This document shows positions 44,199 to 54,219 of a stretch of 64,000 nucleotides of DNA, in pieces. Both the position numbers and the translations under genes were made by a program. The stretch is from an uncultured Gammaproteobacteria bacterium (GTDB lineage: Bacteria; Pseudomonadota; Gammaproteobacteria; JACCXJ01): contig CAVXTM010000011.1 of assembly GCA_963764725.1 (NCBI GenBank), positions 160,001 through 224,000 of the forward strand. Direction: 5' to 3'. Positions within the stretch are counted from its first letter, which is position 1; each line of letters begins with the position of its first letter. The notes below the pieces were generated by a model. That model saw nothing but the letters and a program-made list of their open reading frames with translations. It was not told the DNA's origin and ran no database searches.

Positions 44199-44457
44199 GA
44201 TGCAGTCAACCGGACAGCGTAGTAGATCGGCACTCCACGCAAGCTGACTGCCGAAAAGCACGAATGCTTCTTCACTTCCGCTTGATTTAGGTTGTGTACG
44301 GCAGCCGAAAAACGCTCGTCCCCGCGAATTTGTGGCCGTTCTTGTGACGAACGGCACAGAATCAAAACGATTGTCACACGCTGAAGACAAACCTTGCCTT
44401 AAGGTGGCGCCCTCAAACGAAACAACGAAACAACCAAAACTCAGGGGAAGAAAGCGC

Positions 44458-46458
44458 ATGGTCTTTCGAGGCGTCATCTCATACCGTAGTTTTTTCGGGA
44501 CTGCTGAATTGCTAGTCATACTGGGAGTTGTATTTTTTTTCTGCTCCTACTCCGGCTATGTCCAAGCCGGCCAAGTCAGCTTAGCTTGGGGTGCCAGCCC
44601 CGGAGCAGCTGGCTATCAACTCTCCTATGGACCAAGCAGCGGTAACTACACCGGCAACGTCGATGCCGGCAATAACAATGTCAACGGTACGGTCAGCTAC
44701 ACCCTCACCCTGCAGGACGGCAAGTACTACATCGCAGCCAAGGCGTACAATAGCAGCAAAACGAGCTGGAGCGGATTCTCCAACGAGGTCGTTACGACCA
44801 TCTCCACATCGAGCACCGCCCCAACCGCTAGCTTTAGCGTGAAACCCACCTCCGGGGTGACCACCTCGTCTATTGTCACTTTTACCGATAGCTCGAGCGG
44901 CAACATTACCGGCCGGTCCTGGGATTTCAACGGGGACGGCACCATCGATAGCACCGCCATGAGCGGCGGCGCAACAACCTATACCAACCCTGGCACCTAC
45001 ACGGCTAGCCTTACTGTTACCGGCCCCGGAGGAAAGAATACCGCGACTAAAACCATCTTGGTGGAAGCAGCATCATCCGTATCACCGGTCGCAAATTTCA
45101 GCGCCACGCCCACCTCGGGCACGGCGCCCTTAAAGGTCAACTTCACCAATAGTTCTGCCAATGCGACATCCTATTCTTGGGACTTCAACGGGGACGGCAC
45201 CATCGACAGCACTTTGCAGAATCCATCGTACACCTACAACGCGGCTGGGACCTATACAGTCAAGTTGACTGCGACTGGTTCTGGTGGTGGTACGAATTCC
45301 ACAACCGGTAACATTACGGTCTCCCCAGGCGGCGGAAGCGCCTGTGGGGCTAACACTCGGCTAGTCGCCGCCTATGACTTTGAGGAAGCCAGCGGCGCCA
45401 CCGTGGTCGATGCCGCCAGCCAAGGCAACAAAGGAACCATCAGCGGCGCCACTCGAATAACCACGGGGCGCTTCGGCAAGGCCCTCTCCTTCGATGGCGT
45501 CAACGACTGGGTCACGATCAACGATGCCCCCTCCCTAGACCTCACCGCGTGCATGACGCTTGAGGCATGGGTCTACCCCACAGTCAACATGACCCACCAG
45601 GCAACGGTCGTTCTGAAACAGCAGCCTTCAGGTCTTGTGTATACTCTCCGCGCCAACTCCGATGCCAATCAGCCATCGATGGCTGTCCGGATCGGTGGGA
45701 GTTACCGTACCCTAAAAGGCGGGCCCGGGTCCTGGCTCCGAGCTAATGAGTGGAAACATCTCGCGGCCACCTACAATGGCACCACCGAGCGTCTCTACGT
45801 CAACGGCACCCAAGTCGCTCAACAGCCACAAACAGGCCCGATCGAGGTGTCGAGTGGTCCGCTGCGCCTAGGTGGCAATAGCATCTGGGGCGAGTTCTTC
45901 AAAGGCCGTATCGACGAGGTCCGTATCTATAACCGTGCCTTGAGTGCCAAGGAGATCCAAACCGATAGGGACATCTCGGTCGCGACCTCCTCGCCCCCGG
46001 TCACCTTGGTGGGAACCAAGACCGTTGGGTCGGTGACTGACTCTAACCCCCAGGGTAAGGCGGAGGCCTTCCGAACTACCGCGGCAACGACAGGATCGGT
46101 AACCAGTCTTTCGGTGTACCTGGATAGCGGTTCAACGGCCACCAAACTCGTTGCCGGTCTCTACACGGATAAGAACGGTCATCCGGGCACTCTGCTCAAG
46201 CAGGGGACACTGAGCTCACCGGGGAGCGGAGGCTGGAAGAAAGTCTCCCTTCCTCCGGTATCGATTAATGCCGGTAGCAAATACTGGATCGCGCTACTGG
46301 GCACCGGTGGCAAGCTCTGGTTCCGCGATGCGGCCGGTGGCACCAGTCAACCCAGCGAGACGAGCGCCCAGACGCTCAGTACACTGCCGGGCACTTGGTC
46401 AACCGGTACCCCTTCTTCCTCGGGACCGCTGTCAGCGTATGGGGCTGGATACCCATAG
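44458..46458 (+). CDS. Secreted FN3-PKD-PKD-LamG protein (paralog B), intact
   Basis: Signal peptide, GQVSLAW, SWDFNGDG PKD motifs, FKGRIDEVRIYNRAL LamG motif. Confidence 0.9.
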   Translation: MVFRGVISYRSFFGTAELLVILGVVFFFCSYSGYVQAGQVSLAWGASPGAAGYQLSYGPSSGNYTGNVDAGNNNVNGTVSYTLTLQDGKYYIAAKAYNSSKTSWSGFSNEVVTTISTSSTAPTASFSVKPTSGVTTSSIVTFTDSSSGNITGRSWDFNGDGTIDSTAMSGGATTYTNPGTYTASLTVTGPGGKNTATKTILVEAASSVSPVANFSATPTSGTAPLKVNFTNSSANATSYSWDFNGDGTIDSTLQNPSYTYNAAGTYTVKLTATGSGGGTNSTTGNITVSPGGGSACGANTRLVAAYDFEEASGATVVDAASQGNKGTISGATRITTGRFGKALSFDGVNDWVTINDAPSLDLTACMTLEAWVYPTVNMTHQATVVLKQQPSGLVYTLRANSDANQPSMAVRIGGSYRTLKGGPGSWLRANEWKHLAATYNGTTERLYVNGTQVAQQPQTGPIEVSSGPLRLGGNSIWGEFFKGRIDEVRIYNRALSAKEIQTDRDISVATSSPPVTLVGTKTVGSVTDSNPQGKAEAFRTTAATTGSVTSLSVYLDSGSTATKLVAGLYTDKNGHPGTLLKQGTLSSPGSGGWKKVSLPPVSINAGSKYWIALLGTGGKLWFRDAAGGTSQPSETSAQTLSTLPGTWSTGTPSSSGPLSAYGAGYP

Positions 46459-46611
46459 GTGTGACGCAGCCATCCCAGGCAACCTGTCAGTTCCTCAACG
46501 GAGAAAGTCCTGACTGAGTTGTAAAGGCACAGAGCCGGGTAGCAAGACCCGGCGCTGTATGCATCCCTACAAGACGAGACGACGCCGAACAACGGAGAGG
46601 GGGGAGCAATC

Positions 46612-46841
46612 ATGCCAAGAGAGTCATCGCATCGCGGAGGCGCGCCCATAGAGTACTGTGGATATATTCGGTTATATCGCTTTTCTACACATTGCAGGCC
46701 CAAGCCGGCCAAGCCACATTGGTCTGGGATGCGAACATAGAATCCATACTGGGAGGTTATCAACTCTACTACGGGCAAGCCAGCCGTACGTACACCCCCA
46801 GCATCGATGTTGGCAATAAGACAAGCTATACACTCACTGGC
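46612..46841 (+). pseudogene. 5' fragment of a third FN3 paralog
   Basis: QAGQATLVWDA...GYQLYYGQASR...DVGNKTSYTLTG, ends at an IS remnant. Confidence 0.75.
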
Positions 46842-47071
46842 AGACCTGTATCGTGCATCTCATTCATTACAGCATGCAGTTTGCGTCGTGGAAGGAGCGA
46901 AAAATGATCGCGGTGGCACTCAATTCCATCTACCAGGCCGAGACCGCTGAGGTGGGACGAGCTTGAGGCCTTCGTGGGGGCAGAAATACCCGGCCATCGC
47001 CCAAAGCTGGCGGCGTCACTGGGAAGAGGTTATCCCGTTCTTCGCTTTCCCGCCCGAGGTGCGGAAAATCA
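46841..47071 (+). mobile_element. Internal remnant of a different IS256-family transposase
   Basis: QTCIVHL, KYPAIAQSW, IPFFAFPPEVRKI. Confidence 0.8.
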
Positions 47072-48252
47072 GGAACCTCTGCAAAAGTCCACGATCTGAT
47101 CGGTAGGCGCACCGAATACAATCGAGGACGATAATGAGCAAGCAGATGACACTGGGCACGGGTTTCGAGAAGTACAGCAAGACCACGCGTCGGGAGAGAT
47201 TTCTCACCGAGATGGACCGTATTGTGCCGTGGGGAGATCTGTGCGCACTGATAGCGCCGATGTATCCGAAGGGGGGTGATGGCCGTCCTCCGAAGGAACT
47301 GGAGATGATGCTGCGGTGTACTTTCTGCAGCAGTGGTTCAATCTCTCGGACCCGGGCGTGGAAGAAGCTCTCTACGACTCGGTGTCGATGCGCCGGTTTG
47401 CGGGCATCGACTTGGGGGAGATGCCGGTGCCCGATGAGTCCACGGTGCTGCGCTTCCGCCATTTGTTGGAGGCACATGGGCTGGGCGAGAAGCTGTTCGA
47501 GCAGGTGCATGGGTACTTGGAGCGCCAGGGCATCAAGATTGGCACCGGCACGATTGTCGATGCCACGATTATCAGCGCCCCGCCCTCGACCAAGAACAAA
47601 GACAAGTGCCGTGACCCGGACATGCATCCGACCAAGAAAGGCAATCAGTGGTATTTCGGGATGAAGCGCACATCGGTGTGGACAGTCAAACCAAGCTCAT
47701 CCACGCGGTGGTCGCCACCCCGGCCCATGTGCACGACTCGGTGTGTCTGCCCGATCTCTTGCACGGGGAGGAGACATGCGTCTGGGGCGACTCGGCCTAT
47801 CAGGGGCAGAGTGAGGTCATACGCAAGCACGCACCGAAGGCCACCGATTTCACCCATCGACGTTACCGTTATCCAACGGGCGAAGAACAAAACCAAGTCC
47901 AGCGTGCGCGCCAAGGTCGAGCACCCCTTTCTCATCATTAAGCGTATCTTCGGCTTCGTGAAGACCCGCTACAAGGGGTTGGCGAAGAGAGCCAGGCCCA
48001 AGGATGGGCCTGCTTGGCGCCCTGAGGATGGAGCGCACACCGCCTGTTCGTCACCTGTGCGCTGACCAATCTGTACCTGATGCGCCGGCGGCTGTGGCGA
48101 CTGACGGGGGCGTAGTGCGCCTACATTACGCCAAACGGGGCGAAAATGGCCCTCTGAACGATGAAAAACGGGCCTCCCGGCTTGCTTTTCCGTCTGAAAT
48201 CGATTCGTACGCAGCCCGCGCAACCATTCTTGATTACTTGTTCAGAGGTTCC
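47072..48252 (+). mobile_element. IS5-family element, degenerate
   Basis: GGAACCTCTG / CAGAGGTTCC IRs; QQWFNLSD, PDESTVLRFR, KVEHPF; several frameshifts. Confidence 0.92.
47990..48030. repeat. 41-bp hairpin mini-element inside the IS5 transposase
   Basis: AG duplicated at 47988-9 and 48031-2; removal restores GLAKSAHRLF. Confidence 0.8.
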
Positions 48253-48257
48253 CTATA

Positions 48258-48425
48258 CGAAATGCACTCGGTCTCGTCGCGGCTAAATCCTCTTGCCGCG
48301 ACCGTCCCGCGCTCAGGCACACCACCTCGCTCTGGACTCGCATGTGCCTTCGCTCAATGACTCTACGCCGTCCATCTAGAATACCGCTATCTCGGGCTCC
48401 TCGCCTCAGCCTTCGACCTTCCATG
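48258..48425. repeat. ~170-bp diverged direct repeat, copy 1
   Basis: Aligns along its length with 50346-50515. Confidence 0.85.
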
Positions 48426-48956
48426 GCCCGTCGGCAGTTGTTCAAGGAACTGAAAGGCACCTATCGCATTAATGTGGTGCCGAGCCGCCGACGCTGTGTC
48501 GTCGAGCCGTTCATCTCTGCTGCGCTGCTGACTTGCATGGCAGTCGTCAATTGTTAAGCGTGTCATCGGTCGGCAAAGGCGACTGCCTCTGCGTTCAGCG
48601 CGTCGTGCTCATCATAGTTCGCGCACCACGCAAGACGCGGAAGCTCTCGCGCGATGTGTCGAGATTACTCTTGCATGAGTCTCCGGTCCTAATCGACCGA
48701 CCGTCACTCATTCCCGCCATCGACAAAGGCATTCGTTGCCCAAGAGAACGCTACGGCTTTTGCCTATGGTAGTATTTCGGTGCGCAGTCCTCATCCCCTT
48801 ATGATATCATCGAAAGCTCTGCTTCCTTACCGACTGATAGTCACGCTCACTAGTATATCTGCAATTGTTAGCCAGTTGATATCTATAGTCCACCTGTTTA
48901 CCGGGCTCTCAATGATCCGTGCTCGTCGAAGCCACCTAATAGTTGATACAACCTAA

Positions 48957-50201
48957 ATGCGTCTCCTCGTTTATCCCCACGATCTTTCGATCGGCGGTAG
49001 CCAGATCAATGCGATCGATCTCGCCGCGGGTGTTTCCAAGGCCGGCCACGATGTGGTTGTCTATGGCATCCCAGGTCCGCTCGTCGAATACATCAAGCAG
49101 CGCGGCCTGCGCTTTCTCCCAGCCCGCCGCCTTAGGTACCGTCCGGCGCCGTCACGAATCGGACAATTAGCCGCTATCGCCTGCCGGCAGCGCCTTGATC
49201 TAATCCACACGTATGAGTGGCCGCCGTGCCTCGACGCTTACTACGGCGCGAATCTCTTTCTCGGCGTGCCGATATTGTGCACAGTGCTCTCCATGGCGGT
49301 GATGCCCTATGTTCCGGCATCGGTGCCGTTGATCATGGGCACTGCCAACCTTGGCGAAGAGGCTCGCAGAGTGCAGCGGAGTGATGTCTGGGTGCTCGAA
49401 CCACCAATCGACGTAGAGCGCGACCACCCTGGCATCGACGGCTCAAATTTCCGCCGAACCCACAGTGTGGCTGACAGAGAGCTCCTGATCGTAAGCGTTT
49501 CCCGACTTGCTGTTGATTTAAAGCTGGACGCACTTGTTCGGGCTATCGATGCTGCCGATCTACTCGCTGGTCGGCATCCTATAAGGCTTATTCTAGTAGG
49601 TGCCGGTCCCGCTCGTGAGGCACTGCACGAGCGGTCTAGGGCCGTAAATCTACGTTGGAAGCGCGAGGTCGTGAGCCTTCCTGGACCCGAGCTTGACCCG
49701 CGGTTCGCCTACGCCGCGGCCGACGTGGTAGTCGGCATGGGGAGTTCTGCACTCCGCGGGCTTGCCATTGGGAAACCCGTAGTGGTCCAAGGCGAAGAGG
49801 CTTTCTCGGAGGTGTTCGAACCAGCGAATCTTGAGTTGTTTCTCCGACAAGGCTTCTACGGGCAGGCAGGAGGCGCACCCAACGTTGGTCGCCTTGTCAA
49901 CCAACTCGACTGGCTGCTATCCAACCGGGAACGGAGGGAAAGTCTTGGCCGGTTCGGCAGGCAGGTGGTCACTGAGCGCTTCAGCCTTGAACGGGCAGTG
50001 CATGTGCAGCTCGACATTTACGAGCAAGTGCTCCGCAATCCTCCTCCCCGTTCTATCACGGACGCGCTGCGCTCGGCCGGTCGGGCTTTGATGCTTGAGC
50101 TGTCAAATCATAATCCGTGGCGGAAGCGGGAACACAGGACACGGGAACAAAAGCTCCTCGTCGGGGCATGCCGGGGATCATGGCCCCCCACAAAAGACTA
50201 G
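48957..50201 (+). CDS. GT4 glycosyltransferase
   Basis: GGSQINA, VSRL, YAAADVVVG. Confidence 0.8.
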   Translation: MRLLVYPHDLSIGGSQINAIDLAAGVSKAGHDVVVYGIPGPLVEYIKQRGLRFLPARRLRYRPAPSRIGQLAAIACRQRLDLIHTYEWPPCLDAYYGANLFLGVPILCTVLSMAVMPYVPASVPLIMGTANLGEEARRVQRSDVWVLEPPIDVERDHPGIDGSNFRRTHSVADRELLIVSVSRLAVDLKLDALVRAIDAADLLAGRHPIRLILVGAGPAREALHERSRAVNLRWKREVVSLPGPELDPRFAYAAADVVVGMGSSALRGLAIGKPVVVQGEEAFSEVFEPANLELFLRQGFYGQAGGAPNVGRLVNQLDWLLSNRERRESLGRFGRQVVTERFSLERAVHVQLDIYEQVLRNPPPRSITDALRSAGRALMLELSNHNPWRKREHRTREQKLLVGACRGSWPPTKD

Positions 50202-50345
50202 CGTTAAATACACTAAGCTTGTTGTCGGTAATCTCCATTATGCTTTAGTATTTCCACAACTCGCCGCGAAAGCTACGTTTTTGTGCGGCGACCCTCGTCT
50301 GTACATTTCGGCGATCCTGACCAGCGGCCGGCTAATTGGTGCCCC

Positions 50346-50515
50346 CGAAATGCAGTCGGTCTCGCCGCGGATAATTCCTCTTGCCGCGACCATGCTGCAC
50401 TCAGGCACACCACCTCGCTATGGGCTCGCACGTGCCTTCGTTCAACGACTCTACGCCGTCCATCTAGAGAGCCGGCTATCGCGGGGCCTCACGCCTCGGC
50501 CTTCGACCTTCCATG
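50346..50515. repeat. ~170-bp diverged direct repeat, copy 2
   Basis: Aligns with 48258-48425. Confidence 0.85.
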
Positions 50516-50531
50516 ACTCATTGGACGACAT

Positions 50532-51911
50532 CTACTGTATTTGTACTTTCAAATTTTGTGGCGGCGCTAACGGACTCGCACTGCTGCCGCCCGCAAACTC
50601 AAATGCCCCAATATCCCACGCAGAGCCTTGCGGGCGACCTGTTCCTTCATAGTCATTATCGAAACCGGTCAATGTCGTCCCCTTATCGAGCGCCGGGCTA
50701 TTTGACTGAAGATGAAAGTCATTCGCGCCCGCATTTACAAGCCTAGGATCACCACCGTTCATGCCCTGCGGATCATTGAAGCCGCTTACCGTTCCCCAAG
50801 TACCGATTCTCGCGATGTAGTTATTGCTCACCTGGATATTGGAACCGGTGCTTCCGACAGAGATGACTTGACCATAGCTATTAATACTACTTGCGGGAAT
50901 GAAGATATTGTTCTTAATCCGGGCGCCGCTGTAATTACTCTTTCCGCTTGCATCATAGAGATACATGATCAGCTTGTTGCTTGATCCCCCGTTGTAGATG
51001 GTGTTGTTATAAAAGCGAATGTTTGGGATTCCAAGGTTCGCCTGACCGGAGACACCGATGTAAACGTTGTTCCTGATGTCCCAGTTGCCTGTGTTGCTTG
51101 CACCGTTGTTTTCCGTCATGAACATTTGGAAATAGCCGCCGTTGCTGTTATTGATAAGATTTTTCTCAAAGACGATGTTGTTGGAGCCACCTCCGAACGT
51201 CTGAATGACATCCATGTGAGCAGACGATCCCGAGCTCATCGTGATGTCGTGAATGTAGTTGTTTCGGATAATATTGTTCGTCCCCCATGCGCGGAAAGCA
51301 TCAATGTCTTTCGCGGGTCCGATTTCGTTATTCTCGACGATTTGGTTGTCACCGCTGACAATGAATACCGGAAGGTCGTTGCTTGGTCCGGTCGATGAGT
51401 AATAGCGATTTCCGCGGATGGCGAGGTTGTCACCATCCCCCCGAACAATTCCCCATGACGCGCCGGTGTCGTGGATCGTGTTATTCAAGAGCTCACCGAA
51501 GCTTCCAGACCACGTCATCATAAATCCATCATTCGCTCCGGTCATTTCGAAGCCGTCAATGGTGACGTAATTGTGACTTACATTAAAAGTTCTCGTCGCT
51601 ACCGTCCCGTTTGCCTTGAATGTAATCCGGCTCCCTGCCGCACCGCTTCGTGCGGTGGTGACTTTTTCGTTGTAGGTCCCGGCAACGACAATCGCCGTGT
51701 CCCCTGCCACCATGGCACTCGCGGCTTTTCCAATTGTTTTCCATGGCTGGGACTGACTTCCCGCGTTGCTGTCACTCGCCTGGCTGTTGTTTCTGTCAAC
51801 GTAGTAAGTAGTTGCAGCCACCGCGTCGGTAGGAGCGCTAAAAATAAGGAGAACAAGCCACAGAAAAGCAGCAATGCTTGTGAGATTATTTTGAAAATTT
51901 TCGGTGTTCAT
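50532..51911 (-). CDS. Secreted right-handed beta-helix protein (DUF1565-like) with choice-of-anchor-Q-like motif
   Basis: Signal peptide, TYYVD...PWKTI, Asn-rich repeats, DFHLQSNSPALD...WDIGAFE. Confidence 0.82.
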   Translation of the reverse strand: MNTENFQNNLTSIAAFLWLVLLIFSAPTDAVAATTYYVDRNNSQASDSNAGSQSQPWKTIGKAASAMVAGDTAIVVAGTYNEKVTTARSGAAGSRITFKANGTVATRTFNVSHNYVTIDGFEMTGANDGFMMTWSGSFGELLNNTIHDTGASWGIVRGDGDNLAIRGNRYYSSTGPSNDLPVFIVSGDNQIVENNEIGPAKDIDAFRAWGTNNIIRNNYIHDITMSSGSSAHMDVIQTFGGGSNNIVFEKNLINNSNGGYFQMFMTENNGASNTGNWDIRNNVYIGVSGQANLGIPNIRFYNNTIYNGGSSNKLIMYLYDASGKSNYSGARIKNNIFIPASSINSYGQVISVGSTGSNIQVSNNYIARIGTWGTVSGFNDPQGMNGGDPRLVNAGANDFHLQSNSPALDKGTTLTGFDNDYEGTGRPQGSAWDIGAFEFAGGSSASPLAPPQNLKVQIQ

Positions 51912-52407
51912 ATGAAATTCCTGATTCAGAGTGATAGAAAAAGTATTTAAGTGTATTCGGCCCCATAGCGTGTGGGGGGCGAGACTAGCGACACGATGGC
52001 AACTGCCGATTTGCCTTTATTAAGTTAGCCAATGACATCATCGACCGAATCCGTATGTGCAGATGATCTCCTGTGCCATAGATCCTCCAGAGATCGCACT
52101 GCGCCGTAGACCTGGCAACGCGTTAAACGTTGTCGTCAAAAACGTCTTCATCCTGGCGTTTAAGGCCAATCTTTTGACGGACCCCTTAAATCAGCACGAC
52201 TAAGTATCTCGTGAGTTTAACGGTTGACCCGAAAATACTTCTCTGTGTTATGCCCCAAAATGTGTCTTGTGTCTCATTCTGAAGCAGAGCTCCGGCGAAT
52301 GAGGCGCCATTGGACCTTCTCCGGCTAACCAGCGAGCGGCCTAAAGCTACGGTCGTTCCAAGCATGCGGAGGTCACGTGGCGTGTCGCTATGCTCGTGAT
52401 GCATATC

Positions 52408-53128
52408 TGTTAGCGATGGAGTAAAAATGACCCACCGGCGATGATTGAAAATTCACGCACCTGCAGTAGCGTGGGCCCTTTTTGGGGTGGCCATGTTGAC
52501 ACAGGAGGAAGCGGTGGAATACACGCATTGGCACGGTAGGGTAAGAGTATTCGAGCGATTGCGCGCCTGCTTCGGGTTTCGCGTAACACCGTACGGCGGC
52601 GGCACCGGGAGGGGATGGTCGTGAGCTATGGCCCCTTGGCGCTGAGGCTGACGAAGTTGGCGGTATGAGAGCTATTTACGCGGGCGCATTGAAGCGGCGA
52701 AGCCTGGATCCCGGCGAGTGTGTTGTATGAGGAAGCGCGCGAGTTGGGGTACCGTGGTAGCATCAGCCAGTTGAGGCGCTATGTAGCGAGCTTAAAGCCG
52801 GTGGCGACGGACGAGCCTCTACATCGCTTTGAGACCGAGCCTGGACATCAGGTGCAGGTAGATTTTGTGGTGTTTCGTCGCGGTGTGGTCATGCCATTAT
52901 CGGCATTTATGGCGACGCTGGGATACAGCCGGGTGAGCTTTGTTGCGTTTGTCACCGATGAGAGGCTTGAGACGCTAATGGGTTGTCACGCGCGGGCGTT
53001 TGATTATTTTGGTGGCGTTCCACGGCAGGCGCTCTGCGACAACATGAAGACGGTGGTGCTGGCACGAGACGCCTATGGTCCGGGGCGGCGCCGGTTTCAT
53101 CCGGAATTTTTGGAGCCGATCGCTTACA
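52408..53128 (+). mobile_element. IS21-family remnant (istA 5' part, internally deleted)
   Basis: TGTTAGCGAT / ATCGCTTACA ends; RFETEPGHQVQVDF, LGYSR, DNMKT. Confidence 0.85.
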
Positions 53129-53188
53129 AATGACCGCCATCTACGCTAGTTCAGTGATAGCTGCCAACGACGCTCCAAGCGGACCGAT

Positions 53189-54040
53189 CTAGCTAAACCT
53201 AATTTGAAGCATTAGCCGGTCCGCGTGAGTCGGCGGAGACGCGCGGTGGTAGCAGGCGGCATCTTGGATGAACCCGGTGCCTGCCGGCCCCTCGATTATC
53301 AGCTCGTTCTCGCGGCCGAATCGTTGGTGAACCAGGGATTCGCTTGCGACCGCAGATCCGAACAGCATCCGCAATGACTTGCGGTTGTGCGACTTCCGCA
53401 TCATCACGTGTGCGCCGGAATATCGGTCGGTATCGAGAATGTAAAAGCTCGCATAGACGAAGTTGAGGCCGCCGACGTCGTAGTGATAATCGATCGCGCC
53501 TTGCTCTAGACACCGCCGCTCCTCGTCGGTGAAATCCGAAGCCAAGCTCCAAAAGAGTATCGGCGGGGCCGTCTTTGGCTCGTAACCGAGGTAGTTCCAC
53601 GCAATTGCTCGCACGACCGGATCTTCGACAATCGCGCGCACGGCGCCGCAGCTCATCGGATCGCGAACGGAGCCTGTCGGGGTTGGCCGGCCATCGGGCG
53701 TGCGCCCGCGGATAACATCATGGTGGAAAAAGGTCGGGCCGTCCGGATCGTGTCGTGCGAATAGCGGCGTGGATCGGCAAAACGTATCGATTTCACGGAC
53801 GATCGTCGCAGGAAGGCGGATTCCCAAAACGACCGCATCGTCGCGAATGGTTTTGACTGCTTGATCGACGTCTATATCGGGGAACAGCGTCTGCCGGCCC
53901 GAAATCTCCGGTGACACCCGAAATCCAGTTTTGCGGAGTTGACGAATGCGACTATAGCAAATACGGACGGCCCTGAAACGGCCAAAGACATATTGGAAAT
54001 CACCGCTTCTCAACCGTGAGAATATGCTCTTGACGTTCAT
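53189..54040 (-). CDS. PhyH-like Fe(II)/2-oxoglutarate dioxygenase
   Basis: HYD, GAHV...SH, G-PAGTGFIQD...YHRA. Confidence 0.65.
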   Translation of the reverse strand: MNVKSIFSRLRSGDFQYVFGRFRAVRICYSRIRQLRKTGFRVSPEISGRQTLFPDIDVDQAVKTIRDDAVVLGIRLPATIVREIDTFCRSTPLFARHDPDGPTFFHHDVIRGRTPDGRPTPTGSVRDPMSCGAVRAIVEDPVVRAIAWNYLGYEPKTAPPILFWSLASDFTDEERRCLEQGAIDYHYDVGGLNFVYASFYILDTDRYSGAHVMMRKSHNRKSLRMLFGSAVASESLVHQRFGRENELIIEGPAGTGFIQDAACYHRASPPTHADRLMLQIRFS

Positions 54041-54219
54041 TATTCGCTCCTGGTTCTTGTGGATGAAGATCGCCGGCTTCCGCGATCCGTTTAACGCCTT
54101 CGCCGCTTGCCTCATCGAGACCGCCCAGGCCAACGGGCTTGAACCCACGCCTATCTCCGCCACTGTGACGTCGCCTAAAACACTGTGGATTGCCATTCTT
54201 TGTATGCATGTTGAAATAG

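Noticed and set aside
46470-46560. Second c-di-GMP riboswitch upstream of paralog C
   Set aside because: Only a GC hairpin and partial words; GEMM core motifs not found
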